Assembly: GCA_050741015.1 (NCBI GenBank)
Contig: JBOIFE010000116.1
Span: 108 to 64,107, forward strand
Source: Burkholderiales bacterium
GTDB lineage: Bacteria > Pseudomonadota > Gammaproteobacteria > Burkholderiales > SG8-39
Reading direction: 5' to 3'
Length of the DNA: 64,000 bases
The notes beneath the pieces were generated by a model, which did not search any database, was not told the DNA's origin, and worked only from the letters and a program-made list of their open reading frames with translations. The first letter of the stretch is position 1, and each line of letters begins with the position of its first letter. The translations under genes and the position numbers were made by a program. This document shows, piece by piece, positions 1-9,175 of the stretch.

Positions 1-561
1 GTCCCGGCGCAGCACCGCGCGCTCGCCTTCTCCGATCTCGAGATCCCCCTTGAGGAAGGAACAAAGGCAGGCTCAGGGGAAAAGATGTGGCAGCCGAAGC
101 TGGAAGCCCGGGTGCTCCAGGAAATGAACCTGCGAAAGACGGACCTGGTGCTGGAAGTCGGCACCGGCAGCGGCTACCTCACCGCGCTGCTCGCGAGTTG
201 CGCGGGCCATGTTCACTCGCTCGAAATCCGCCCCGTGCTGGCCGCCTTCGGCCGCGCAAACCTCGAGCGCCATGGGGCAGACAACGTCACGCTCGAGATC
301 GGCGATGGTGCGTCCGGGGATGCCAAGCGGGCGCCCTACGATGCGATCGTGCTGACGGGCTCCACGCCTTTGCTCCCGGCCGGGCTGCGCGAGCAGCTGG
401 CACCCGGCGGACGCCTCTTTGCCGTCTCCGGCGAGCCCCCGGTCATGGTCGCGCGGCTCATCACGTGCACCGCGCCCGGCGCCTGGCGCTCGGTCGAGCT
501 GTTCGATACTGTCGTCGCCCCGCTGCTCAATGCCGAGCAGCCGCCGCGCTTCCGGTTTTGA
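1..561 (+). CDS. pcm: protein-L-isoaspartate O-methyltransferase family protein (5' end outside window)
   Basis: Frame 1 is open from base 1, upstream of the listed ATG at 85. SAM motif I VLEVGTGSGYLTALLA and DAIVLTGS are present. The stop TGA 559-561 shares one base with the tolC ATG. Confidence 0.75.
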   Translation, partial: VPAQHRALAFSDLEIPLEEGTKAGSGEKMWQPKLEARVLQEMNLRKTDLVLEVGTGSGYLTALLASCAGHVHSLEIRPVLAAFGRANLERHGADNVTLEIGDGASGDAKRAPYDAIVLTGSTPLLPAGLREQLAPGGRLFAVSGEPPVMVARLITCTAPGAWRSVELFDTVVAPLLNAEQPPRFRF

Positions 562-1886
562 TGATTCGACGCACTGTTCTAGCAGTCGCGGCGTGCCTGC
601 CCGTTGCCGCCGGCGCCGAGAACCTTTCGCAGGTCTATCAGGATGCGCGTGGGTACGACGCGCAATATGCGGCAGCTCGCCAGACCATGCAGGCGGGGCT
701 CGAGCACGAAGCGCAGGGCCGCGCGCTGGTGCTGCCCTCGCTGGGCCTCACCGCCAACGCGACGGATTCACGCCTGGACTCCCAGTCGGACAGCAACCTG
801 CTGGTCCCGAGCTTCACCCGCAACCTCAATAACTACGGCTACACGCTCACCTTCACGCAGCCGATTTACCGGCGCCAGAACTGGCTGCAGTACGACGAGG
901 GCCAGCTCCAGGCGAAGCAGGCGGAGCTCACGTTCGGCCAGGCCGCGCAGGACCTGGTCCTGCGCCTCGCCCAGGCGTATTTCGACGTGCTGGCGGCACA
1001 GGACACGCTCGCGCTGGTACGCGCGTCGAAGGTCGCCATCGCCGAGCAGCTCGCACAGGCGAAGCGCAACTTCGAGGTCGGCACTGCGACCATCACCGAC
1101 ACGCACGAAGCACAGGCGCGCTACGACCTGTCCGTGTCGCAGGAGATCTCCGCGCAGAACGATCTGGAGGCCAAGTCGCGCGCGCTGCAGCTCATCACCG
1201 GCAAGGAATACACGTCGCTGAAATCGCTGCGGCCCGACGTCAAGCTGTCGCCGCCGGTGCCGAACAACATGCAGACCTGGGTCGACCTCGCGCAAAAGCA
1301 GAGCTATGCGGTGCTGATCCAGGAGGCGACCACGGAGATCGCAGACCTCGAGGCGAAGCGAAACAGCGCCGGGCACCAGCCCACGCTCGACCTCGTCGCC
1401 AGCCACAACTACATCTGGCAGAACGCATCGACGCTGTCGGCGATCGGGAGCAACGTGACCACGGATTCCGTCAGTCTGCAGCTCGCACTCCCGCTGTACC
1501 AGGGCGGCGGCATCAGTTCGCGCGAGCGCGAGGCAGCCTACAACCTGGAGAAGTCACGCCAGGACCTGGAGAACGCGCGGCGCGCATCCGTGCTGGTGGC
1601 GCAGCAGGCCTACCTGTCCGTCATCAACGGCATCGCGCAGGTGGGTGCGCTGGAGCAGGCGCTCGTGTCCTCGGATAGCGCGCTGCAATCCAACCGGTTG
1701 GGCTACGAGGTAGGCGTACGCATCAACATCGACGTGCTGAACGCCCAGCAGCAGGTGTTCTCGACCAAGCGCGACCTGGCGGTGGCGCGCTACAACACGA
1801 TCACGACGCTGCTCAAGCTGAAGGCCGCGGCCGGAGGCCTGCGCGAGCAGGACCTCGAAGAGATCAACCAGGTCCTCGAGCAGTAA
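561..1886 (+). CDS. tolC: TolC-family outer membrane efflux/type I secretion channel
   Basis: Internal ATG of the 87..1886 ORF. Signal peptide MIRRTVLAVAACLPVAAGA followed by ENLSQVYQDARGYDAQYAAAR. Two OEP-type repeats (e.g. RYDLSVSQEISAQNDLE) and about 441 aa. The upstream part of the ORF is Arg/Ala-rich junk overlapping pcm. Confidence 0.85.
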   Translation: MIRRTVLAVAACLPVAAGAENLSQVYQDARGYDAQYAAARQTMQAGLEHEAQGRALVLPSLGLTANATDSRLDSQSDSNLLVPSFTRNLNNYGYTLTFTQPIYRRQNWLQYDEGQLQAKQAELTFGQAAQDLVLRLAQAYFDVLAAQDTLALVRASKVAIAEQLAQAKRNFEVGTATITDTHEAQARYDLSVSQEISAQNDLEAKSRALQLITGKEYTSLKSLRPDVKLSPPVPNNMQTWVDLAQKQSYAVLIQEATTEIADLEAKRNSAGHQPTLDLVASHNYIWQNASTLSAIGSNVTTDSVSLQLALPLYQGGGISSREREAAYNLEKSRQDLENARRASVLVAQQAYLSVINGIAQVGALEQALVSSDSALQSNRLGYEVGVRINIDVLNAQQQVFSTKRDLAVARYNTITTLLKLKAAAGGLREQDLEEINQVLEQ

Positions 1887-3123
1887 GCAGTCGCCGGCAG
1901 ACGTCGAGGTGGCGCACCGTCGCGCCCTGGTGGCGCGCGCAGAGCCGCTTGCCCGCGACGCCCATGCTCGCGCAACGCGCCGGATCCGCAAGCAGCGCCC
2001 GCGCCGCCTCGATCGCCGCATGCGCGTCGCCGACCTGGAGCGCAGCCTGCGCGCGCACCGCCAGCCGTGTGACGTCCGCGAAATTGAACATGTGCGGCCC
2101 GACCACCGCCGGCACGCCCGCGGCACAGGCTTCGATCAGGTTCTGGCCGCCGAGCGGCTCGAAGCTGCCGCCGATCACGGCCACGTCGCATAGCGCGTAG
2201 TAGAAGGCCATTTCGCCCATCGTGTCGCCCAGGTAGAGCCGGCGGCCCTGATGCGGTGCCTCGGCCAGGCTTCGCCGCGCGCTGCTCAGTCCGAGCCTCT
2301 GCGCGATCGCGGCGACCGCGTCGAATCGCTGCGGATGGCGAGGCACGAGGACGAGGAGCGCGTCGGGGTCCACGGCGACGCACTCGGCGAGCAACCGCTC
2401 CTCCTCGCCCTCGCGCGTGCTCGCGAGCAAAAGCACCTTGCGGTGGCGGAGCGCGGCGCGAAACGCGCGGCCCTCGGCCGACTTGCCCGGATCGGGCTCG
2501 ACGTCGAACTTGAGATTACCCGCGATCGTCACGTCCCTTGCGCCGAGCCGCCGCAGTCGCCGGGCGTCGGCCGCGCCTTGCACGCATGCGGCCGAGAGCG
2601 TGCCGAACGCCCGGGCGGCGAGCCGCCCAAATCGCAGGTAGCGGCGCGCCGACCGCTGGGACAGCCGCGCGTTGGCCAGCATCAACGGCACGCCGTCGAC
2701 GCGGCAGGACTCGATCAGGTTGGGCCAGATCTCGGTCTCCATCAGCACGCCGAGACGCGGCCGGAAATGGTCGAGGAACCGGCGCACGGCGTGCGGCAGG
2801 TCGTAGGGCGCATACGCGACGAGCGCCGTCTCCCCGAACACCTGCTTGGCAGCCTCGCGCCCGGCCGCCGTCATGCAGGTCACGAGCAGCGTGTGGTCGC
2901 CGTAGGCGCGCTGGAGCGCGCGCACGAGCGGCGCGCTGGCCCGCACCTCGCCGACCGAGACCGCGTGCACCCAGAGCAGTCGCGCACCCGGCTCGAGATC
3001 GCTCGCGCCAAAGCGCTCCTCGACGTGGTCCCGATAGCCCGGCTCGCGACGCCCGCGCCACCAGAGGCGCGCGAGCGCCCAGGGCAGCGCTGCATAAAGC
3101 AGCCATGTGTAGAGCGAACGCAA
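1864..3123 (-). CDS. waaA: 3-deoxy-D-manno-octulosonic acid (Kdo) transferase
   Basis: 419 aa. N-terminal anchor MRSLYTWLLYAALPWALARLWWRGRREPGYRDHVEERFG, with LWVHAVSVGE, METEIWPNL and GGSFEPLGGQNLIEA, all typical of WaaA/KdtA. Confidence 0.9.
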   Translation of the reverse strand: MRSLYTWLLYAALPWALARLWWRGRREPGYRDHVEERFGASDLEPGARLLWVHAVSVGEVRASAPLVRALQRAYGDHTLLVTCMTAAGREAAKQVFGETALVAYAPYDLPHAVRRFLDHFRPRLGVLMETEIWPNLIESCRVDGVPLMLANARLSQRSARRYLRFGRLAARAFGTLSAACVQGAADARRLRRLGARDVTIAGNLKFDVEPDPGKSAEGRAFRAALRHRKVLLLASTREGEEERLLAECVAVDPDALLVLVPRHPQRFDAVAAIAQRLGLSSARRSLAEAPHQGRRLYLGDTMGEMAFYYALCDVAVIGGSFEPLGGQNLIEACAAGVPAVVGPHMFNFADVTRLAVRAQAALQVGDAHAAIEAARALLADPARCASMGVAGKRLCARHQGATVRHLDVCRRLLTARGPG

Positions 3124-3148
3124 GGTGCCCTATGATAAGAGATACGTC

Positions 3149-4117
3149 ATGCATGTCCTCGTCACTGGCTGCGCCGGCTTCCTCGGCATGCACTGCGCGC
3201 AAAGGCTCCTTGCGCGCGGCGACGAGGTGCTGGGCGTCGACAGTCTTTCGGCCTACTACTCGGTCGAGCTGAAGCGCCTGCGCCTCGCCCAGCTCGAGGG
3301 CCGGCCCGGCTTCCGCTTCGAGCGGGTCGACCTCGCCCGGGACGGAGCCTGCGCTGCACTGCTCGAGTCGGCGCGGCCGGAGGCGGTTTTGCACCTCGCC
3401 GCGCAGCCGGGCGTGCGCTACTCGCTCGAGAATCCCGGCTCCTACGTCGAGTCGAACCTTGTCGCCTTCGGCAACCTGCTCGAGGCCTGCCGCCGGCGCC
3501 CGCCCCGTCACCTGGTCTACGCCTCCAGCTCGAGCGTCTACGGCGCGAACCCGAAGCTGCCGTGGTCCGAGGGCGACAACGTCGACCACCCGGTCAGCCT
3601 GTACGCTGCGACAAAGAAGGCGAACGAATTGATGGCGCACGCCTACAGCCACCTGCACGGCCTGCCGGCGACGGGACTGCGCTACTTCACGGTCTACGGC
3701 CCCTGGGGGCGCCCCGACATGTCGCCGATGCTCTTCGCGCGCGCGATCCTCGACGGCCAGGCCATTCGCCTGTTCAACCACGGCGACATGCGGCGCGATT
3801 TCACCTTCGTCGACGACGCGGTGGAAGCGACGATGCGCGTGCTCGACCGACCGCCGCCGGGAACGCCGCCGTGGCGCGTCTTCAACGTCGGCAACCGCCA
3901 GCCCGTGGCGCTGCTCGACTATGTCGCCGCGCTCGAGCGCGCGCTGGGCAAGCCCGCGCTGCGGGAACTGCTGCCGATGCAGCCTGGCGATGTCCCCGCC
4001 ACCTGGGCTGACACCCGCGCCCTCGAGGCCGCGACGGGATTCGCGCCCGCGACGCCCCTCGCCGCGGGCCTCGAGCGCTTCGCCGCCTGGCTCAGGTCGA
4101 CCGACCTCCCCTCGTAG
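3149..4117 (+). CDS. NAD-dependent epimerase, UDP-glucuronate 4-epimerase-like
   Basis: MHVLVTGCAGFLG Rossmann motif, DSLSAYYSVELKRLRL and the catalytic YAATKKANE (YxxxK). The start is taken at the second ATG; 3125 is the alternative. Confidence 0.75.
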   Translation: MHVLVTGCAGFLGMHCAQRLLARGDEVLGVDSLSAYYSVELKRLRLAQLEGRPGFRFERVDLARDGACAALLESARPEAVLHLAAQPGVRYSLENPGSYVESNLVAFGNLLEACRRRPPRHLVYASSSSVYGANPKLPWSEGDNVDHPVSLYAATKKANELMAHAYSHLHGLPATGLRYFTVYGPWGRPDMSPMLFARAILDGQAIRLFNHGDMRRDFTFVDDAVEATMRVLDRPPPGTPPWRVFNVGNRQPVALLDYVAALERALGKPALRELLPMQPGDVPATWADTRALEAATGFAPATPLAAGLERFAAWLRSTDLPS

Positions 4118-5951
4118 GCGTGTACTCGGGTAGCCAGGTGCGCAACTGCTCGCGCACCGCCTCGGGGCCGGGGTCGCGCGCGGCGGCGATCCACGCGAGC
4201 ACCTCCTCGAGCTGCGCACGGTCCGCGTTTGCACCGGCGCGCGCGACCCGGAGTTTCGGATGCGGCGTCGGCAGCGTCGTCTCCGCGTCCGCGAGCAGTT
4301 CCTCGTAGAGCTTCTCCCCCGGGCGCGGGCCGGTGTACTCGATGCGGATATCGTCTTCTGAATAGCCCGAAAGCCAGATCAGTTGGCGCGCAAGGTCTGC
4401 AATGCGCACCGGGTCACCCATGTCGAGGACGTAGATCTCGCCGTTGCGGCCCATCAGCGCCGCCTGCAGGACCAGCTGCGCGGCCTCCGGGATCGACATG
4501 AAGTAGCGCGTCATGCGCTCGTCGGTGACGGTGACCGGCCCGCCGCGCGCGATCTGCTCGCGAAAACGCGGCACGACGCTGCCCGCGGACCCCAGCACGT
4601 TGCCGAAGCGCACGGTGACGAACTGCGTGCCGGTCGCGTCGGCGAGCGCCTGGCAGGCAAGCTCCGACAGCCGCTTGGAGGCGCCCATGACATTGGTTGG
4701 ATTCACGGCCTTGTCCGTGGACACGAGGACGAACTTCTGCGCCCCGGCCGCCTGCGCCGCGCGCGCGGTCACCACCGTCGAAAGCACGTTGTTCGCGACC
4801 GCCTGGAACGCGTTGCCGCCTTCGAGCAGCGGCACGTGCTTGTAGGCGGCGGCGTGAAACACCAGCTGCGGCCGGTAGCGCTCGAATACGTCGCCCACGC
4901 GCGGCGCGAACTTGGCGTCGCCGATCTGAGGCGAAACCGCAACCGCAGGGTAGCGGTCACGGAACTCCTGCTCGATCGAGTAGAGCGCGAACTCCGCGAG
5001 GTCGAGCAGCACGAGGCGCGACGGGCCGAAGCGCACGATCTGCCGGCAAAGCTCCGAGCCGATCGAGCCGCCCGCGCCGGTGACGAGCACGCAGTGGCCC
5101 TCGATCATGGCGCGCAGCCCCGCGTCGTCGAGTTGCACCGGATCGCGCCCGAGCAGGTCATCCAGCTCCACGTTGCGCAGGGCGGACACGCTCACCTTGC
5201 CCGCCACGAGGTCGGTGTAGGAGGGCACGGTCATGACGGCGAGCCCCGCCGCGCCGCACAGGTCGACGGCGCGCTTGCGCTGGCGATGCGTTGCGCCGGG
5301 CATGGCGATGATCGCGCGCTTGACCCCGAGGCGCCGGGCCTGCGCCTGCGCCGCCTCGAGCGTGCCGAGGATCTTCACGTCCTGGATCGCGCTGCCATGC
5401 TTGGACACATCGTCGTCGAGCAGTCCCACGGCGCGCCATTCGCGGCTGTGCGCGAGCTCGCGCAGCAGGCTCGCCGCGGCGGAGCCCGCGCCCAGCACGA
5501 GCACGGGTTGCGCGCGCGGCCGGCGGACCATGCCCATCAGCGCGCCCTCTTTCCAGGCCCGATACAGCAAGCGGCTGCCGGCCATGACGCCCACGAGCAG
5601 CAGGGGGCAGAGGAGAAACACCGAGCGCGGAATCACCGCAGGGAACGCGAGCAGGGTGAATAGCGTGGGCGTCGCAAGCGCCGCGATGCCCACGGCCACG
5701 AGGATGCGCTGCAGGTCCGGCAAACTCGCATACCGCCAGAGGCCGCGGTAGAGCCCCATCAGCCAGAAGGTGACGGCGTACACGGCAAGGACCCCCGGCA
5801 GCGCGACGAACGCCGTGTGCAGGAACACCGCGGGCGGAATCTCGAGGTTGAATCGCAGCCAGTACGCGCCGAGCCACGCGATGGCGACCGCGGTCACGTC
5901 GTGAAGGAACGCGAGCAGCGCCCGCGCCACGAATCCCAGCCGCGTGCTCAC
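4092..5951 (-). CDS. membrane-anchored nucleotide-sugar 4,6-dehydratase (WbpM/PglF/CapD family)
   Basis: N-terminal hydrophobic helices, LVTGAGGSIGSEL, and FVLVSTDKAVNPTNVMGASKRLSE (CapD signature). The GTG start at 5951 forms a GTGA overlap with the upstream stop. The ORF-track N-terminus (first 42 aa) is Arg-rich junk. Confidence 0.85.
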   Translation of the reverse strand: MSTRLGFVARALLAFLHDVTAVAIAWLGAYWLRFNLEIPPAVFLHTAFVALPGVLAVYAVTFWLMGLYRGLWRYASLPDLQRILVAVGIAALATPTLFTLLAFPAVIPRSVFLLCPLLLVGVMAGSRLLYRAWKEGALMGMVRRPRAQPVLVLGAGSAAASLLRELAHSREWRAVGLLDDDVSKHGSAIQDVKILGTLEAAQAQARRLGVKRAIIAMPGATHRQRKRAVDLCGAAGLAVMTVPSYTDLVAGKVSVSALRNVELDDLLGRDPVQLDDAGLRAMIEGHCVLVTGAGGSIGSELCRQIVRFGPSRLVLLDLAEFALYSIEQEFRDRYPAVAVSPQIGDAKFAPRVGDVFERYRPQLVFHAAAYKHVPLLEGGNAFQAVANNVLSTVVTARAAQAAGAQKFVLVSTDKAVNPTNVMGASKRLSELACQALADATGTQFVTVRFGNVLGSAGSVVPRFREQIARGGPVTVTDERMTRYFMSIPEAAQLVLQAALMGRNGEIYVLDMGDPVRIADLARQLIWLSGYSEDDIRIEYTGPRPGEKLYEELLADAETTLPTPHPKLRVARAGANADRAQLEEVLAWIAAARDPGPEAVREQLRTWLPEYTPTRGGRST

Positions 5952-6916
5952 GGCGCCGCCTTCCAGAGGCGATCGACCCAGAGGGCCGCGCCGCCAAGCC
6001 CCGCCGCGGCGAGCGCGAGCGCGATCCCCTGCACCGCGGCCGGTTCGCGATAGACGAGCAGGGCGAGGCCGGCGCATCCCGCCATGGCCCCGTATTCAAT
6101 CCAGGCGGTGCCGCGGTGGCCGAAGCCCATGAGAATCAGCCGCTGGTAGTAGTGCTCCCGGTGCGCCTGCCAGACCCGCTCGCGGCGCAGGAGCCGCTTG
6201 GCGAGCGTCAGCGTCGCATCGCAAATGAATGGGGCGAATACGAGCGCAGGAAACCAGAGCGGCCAGTCGCCCGCATTCCAGCCCGCGATCCCGAGCGCGC
6301 TGGCGAGGAAGCCGAGCGGCACCGATCCGACGTCGCCCAGGAACAGGCGCGCCGGGTGCCAGTTGAGGACGAGGAATCCCCCCGCCGCCGCGGCGATCGA
6401 TGCGCTCAGGAGCGCGAGCCGCACATCGCCCGCGACATACGAGGCGAGCGCGTAGGTGCCAAAGCCGATCACGGCCATGCCGCCGGCGAGCCCGTCGGAT
6501 CCGTCCATGAAGTTGTACAGGTTCGCGCTCCACGCCAACGCCAGCACGAAGAACACGAACGCCAGGGCGCCGCCCGAGGAAAGTTCGAGCGCGACCGCGA
6601 CGGCCGCCGCGGCGAGGTGCAACACCAGGCGCGCGAGCGTGGGCAGGCCGACAAGGTCGTCGGCGAAGGAAATCACGGCCAGGGCGGCCGCGGCGCCGAG
6701 TACGGCCGGCAGCCCCAGCCTCGCGAGCGCGCAGGCGGCGCCGATTCCCAGCGCGACGGCGATCCCGCCCGTGCGCGGAACGGGCGCCTCGTGCAGCGAT
6801 CTTTCGTTCGGGTGGTCGAGCGCGATCCGGCGCCCGAGCGGCGTGATCAGCAGCCGCGCGGCAAGCAGCGCGACGAGAAACGCGGCAACCGGCGCCAGCG
6901 CGGCCATGCCGGGCAT
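5948..6916 (-). CDS. polyprenyl-phosphate N-acetylhexosamine-1-phosphate transferase (WbpL/WecA/MraY family)
   Basis: Polytopic membrane protein with NLYNFMDGSDGLAGG and FLGDVGSVPLGF motifs. The ATG at 6916 lies 1 nt after the upstream stop. Confidence 0.85.
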   Translation of the reverse strand: MPGMAALAPVAAFLVALLAARLLITPLGRRIALDHPNERSLHEAPVPRTGGIAVALGIGAACALARLGLPAVLGAAAALAVISFADDLVGLPTLARLVLHLAAAAVAVALELSSGGALAFVFFVLALAWSANLYNFMDGSDGLAGGMAVIGFGTYALASYVAGDVRLALLSASIAAAAGGFLVLNWHPARLFLGDVGSVPLGFLASALGIAGWNAGDWPLWFPALVFAPFICDATLTLAKRLLRRERVWQAHREHYYQRLILMGFGHRGTAWIEYGAMAGCAGLALLVYREPAAVQGIALALAAAGLGGAALWVDRLWKAAP

Positions 6917-6917
6917 T

Positions 6918-7691
6918 CTAGCCGCCCCGCGCGCGGAACCATTCCGCGGTCTGACGCAGCCCGGCCTCGAACGTGAAAGGCGGAGCCCAGCCGAGCGCGG
7001 ATCGCAGCGCCGCATCGTCGGCCACTGCGGACTCCGCGAGGCGCGCCAGGCGCGGCGCGAGCCGCAGCAGCGCGGGCGGGAACGGGAAAAGCCTCGACCG
7101 GCGGCCGAGCGCGCGGGCAATCGCGCGGCACAGATCGGGCGTCGACACCGGCGCGCCGTCGCTCAGCTCGAAGACGCGCCCGGCGACCGGCGCGTCGAGG
7201 CATTTCAGGACCGCGTCGGCCAGATTGCCGACGTAGAGCAGGCTGCGCCGGTTGCGCACGCTCGCGAGCGGGAGCCACCAGCCGCGATCGATCGCGCGCA
7301 TCAGCGCGAGGAAATTCGCCCTGACGCGCGGCCCGTACACGAGCGGCGGGCGCAGGACCACGGGCTCGAGATTCGCAAGTCCGAGCAGCCCCTCCTCGGC
7401 GAGCCGCTTCGCGTGACCGTAGGCGTCCGCGGGCGCCTGCGCCTTGAGCGAGCTCAGATAGACGAACCGGCGCACGCCCACCCGCAGCGCGGCCTGCGCT
7501 TGCGCGAGCGTGCCCTGCAGGTTGACGCGGTGGAGCTCGCGCGCGCTCGCGCCGGTGTGCGCGATGTTGGCCAGATGCACGACGGCATCGTAATGTTCGA
7601 CGCCGGTCGCCAGTTCGTGCCCGGCCGACCGGAGCGCGGGGCACAGGTGGCTGCCGATGAAGCCCGATGCTCCGGTGACGAGGATGCGCAT
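6918..7691 (-). CDS. short NAD-dependent epimerase/reductase (WbpK/WbpV-like)
   Basis: MRILVTGASGFIGSHL and YGHAKRLAE (YxxxK), 257 aa. It sits immediately upstream of the wbpL-like and wbpM-like genes. Confidence 0.7.
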   Translation of the reverse strand: MRILVTGASGFIGSHLCPALRSAGHELATGVEHYDAVVHLANIAHTGASARELHRVNLQGTLAQAQAALRVGVRRFVYLSSLKAQAPADAYGHAKRLAEEGLLGLANLEPVVLRPPLVYGPRVRANFLALMRAIDRGWWLPLASVRNRRSLLYVGNLADAVLKCLDAPVAGRVFELSDGAPVSTPDLCRAIARALGRRSRLFPFPPALLRLAPRLARLAESAVADDAALRSALGWAPPFTFEAGLRQTAEWFRARGG

Positions 7692-7744
7692 GGGCTGCGA
7701 TTATCGCCCGTAGAATAGCGGCCCAATCCCGCTCGAGCGCTCCC

Positions 7745-9175
7745 TTGTCCTCCTCGATCGTTCCCGTGATCCTCTGCGGCGGCACCGGCAGCCGGCTCTG
7801 GCCGATGTCGCGACGGCTCCTGCCGAAGCAGTTCCTGGCGCTGGTGTCGGAGCGCACGCTGTTCCAGGAGACGGCGATGCGCACGCACGGGCTCGAGGGG
7901 TTCGGCGCGCCCCTCGTCGTCACCAACGCCGAGCAGCGCTTCCTCGCCGCCGACCAGCTGCGCGACGCGGGCATCGCGCCGCGCGCCATCCTGCTCGAGC
8001 CTGCGGCGCGAAATACGGCGCCCGCGGTCGCGGTCGCCGCGGAAGCCGCACTGCGCGACGATGCCGACGCGGTGCTCTTCGTGCAACCCTCCGACCACCT
8101 GATCGGCAATCTCGAAGCGTTCCGCGCCGCGGCGCGCGCTGCGGTGGCGTTGGCGCGGCGCGACTACCTGATCGCCTTCGGCATTGCGCCGAGCGAGCCG
8201 GCAACCGGCTACGGCTACATCGAGGCGGGCGAGCCGCTCGGCCCGGGCGCATTCCGCATCCGCCGCTTCATCGAGAAGCCGACGCTCGCCCGGGCCCGCG
8301 AGCTCCTCGCGCGGGGCGGCTTCTACTGGAACAGCGGCATGTTCGTCTTCCGGGCGCGGCGCTACCTCGATGAGCTCGAGCGGCTGCGGCCGGAGATGCG
8401 CGCGGCCGCGCGCGAGGCGGTCGCGCTCGCCAAGCCCGACCTCGATTTCCTGCGGCTGGACGCCGCGGCGTTTTCCGCTTCGCCGGCCGACTCGATCGAC
8501 TACGCGGTCATGGAGCACACCGAGGCTGGAGCGGTGGTGCGGGCCGACATGCGCTGGAGCGACGTGGGCTCGTGGTCCGCGCTCTGGGAGGCAGGCGACA
8601 AGGATGCCGCGGGGAACGTCGTGCGTGGCGACGTCGAGCTGCGAGATGCGGCCGGATGCTACGTGCACGCCGATGGCCGGCACGTCTCGGTGCTCGGCGC
8701 GCGCGATCTCGTCGTGGTCGAGACCGACGACGCGGTGCTTGTCGCGGCGAAGGACCGGTCGCAGGAGGTCAAGGAGGTCGTCGAGCACCTCGAGCGGGCG
8801 AAACGCACCGAGCACGTCTCCCATACCCGGGTGCATCGCCCCTGGGGCTACTACGAGAGCGTCGACGCCGGAGTGGGCTACCAGGTCAAGCGGCTGATGG
8901 TAAAGCCCGGGCACAAGCTTTCGCTGCAGATGCACCACCGGCGCGCCGAGCACTGGGTCGTGGTGTCGGGCGTCGCGCGAGTCACGCGCGGCGAGGAAGT
9001 GTTCGAGCTCACGCGAAACCAGTCGACCTACATCCCGGTCGGCACGCGCCACCGCCTCGAGAATCCCGGCCTCGAACCGCTGCTGATCGTCGAGGTGCAG
9101 TCCGGCGACTATGTCGGCGAGGACGACATCGTCCGATTCGAGGACAGCTACAACCGGGACAGCACCTCGCGGTAG
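7745..9175 (+). CDS. manC: mannose-1-phosphate guanylyltransferase / mannose-6-phosphate isomerase (type II PMI-GMP)
   Basis: VPVILCGGTGSRLWPMSR nucleotidyltransferase motif, with a C-terminal cupin (HHRRAEHWVVVSG, GTRHRLENPG). TTG start, 476 aa. Confidence 0.9.
   Translation: MSSSIVPVILCGGTGSRLWPMSRRLLPKQFLALVSERTLFQETAMRTHGLEGFGAPLVVTNAEQRFLAADQLRDAGIAPRAILLEPAARNTAPAVAVAAEAALRDDADAVLFVQPSDHLIGNLEAFRAAARAAVALARRDYLIAFGIAPSEPATGYGYIEAGEPLGPGAFRIRRFIEKPTLARARELLARGGFYWNSGMFVFRARRYLDELERLRPEMRAAAREAVALAKPDLDFLRLDAAAFSASPADSIDYAVMEHTEAGAVVRADMRWSDVGSWSALWEAGDKDAAGNVVRGDVELRDAAGCYVHADGRHVSVLGARDLVVVETDDAVLVAAKDRSQEVKEVVEHLERAKRTEHVSHTRVHRPWGYYESVDAGVGYQVKRLMVKPGHKLSLQMHHRRAEHWVVVSGVARVTRGEEVFELTRNQSTYIPVGTRHRLENPGLEPLLIVEVQSGDYVGEDDIVRFEDSYNRDSTSR

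Noticed and set aside
2516-4234. A 572-aa minus-strand ORF, together with many other long ORF-track entries. Examples are 6847..8109, 7454..9052, 9619..10668, 13609..14913, 20059..21228, 34894-type fragments, 53148..54686 and 60283..62166.
   Set aside because: They lie antisense or out of frame to genes with clear family motifs. Their translations are monotonous Arg/Ala/Gly/Pro strings, typical of non-coding frames in high-GC DNA. None shows a recognisable domain.
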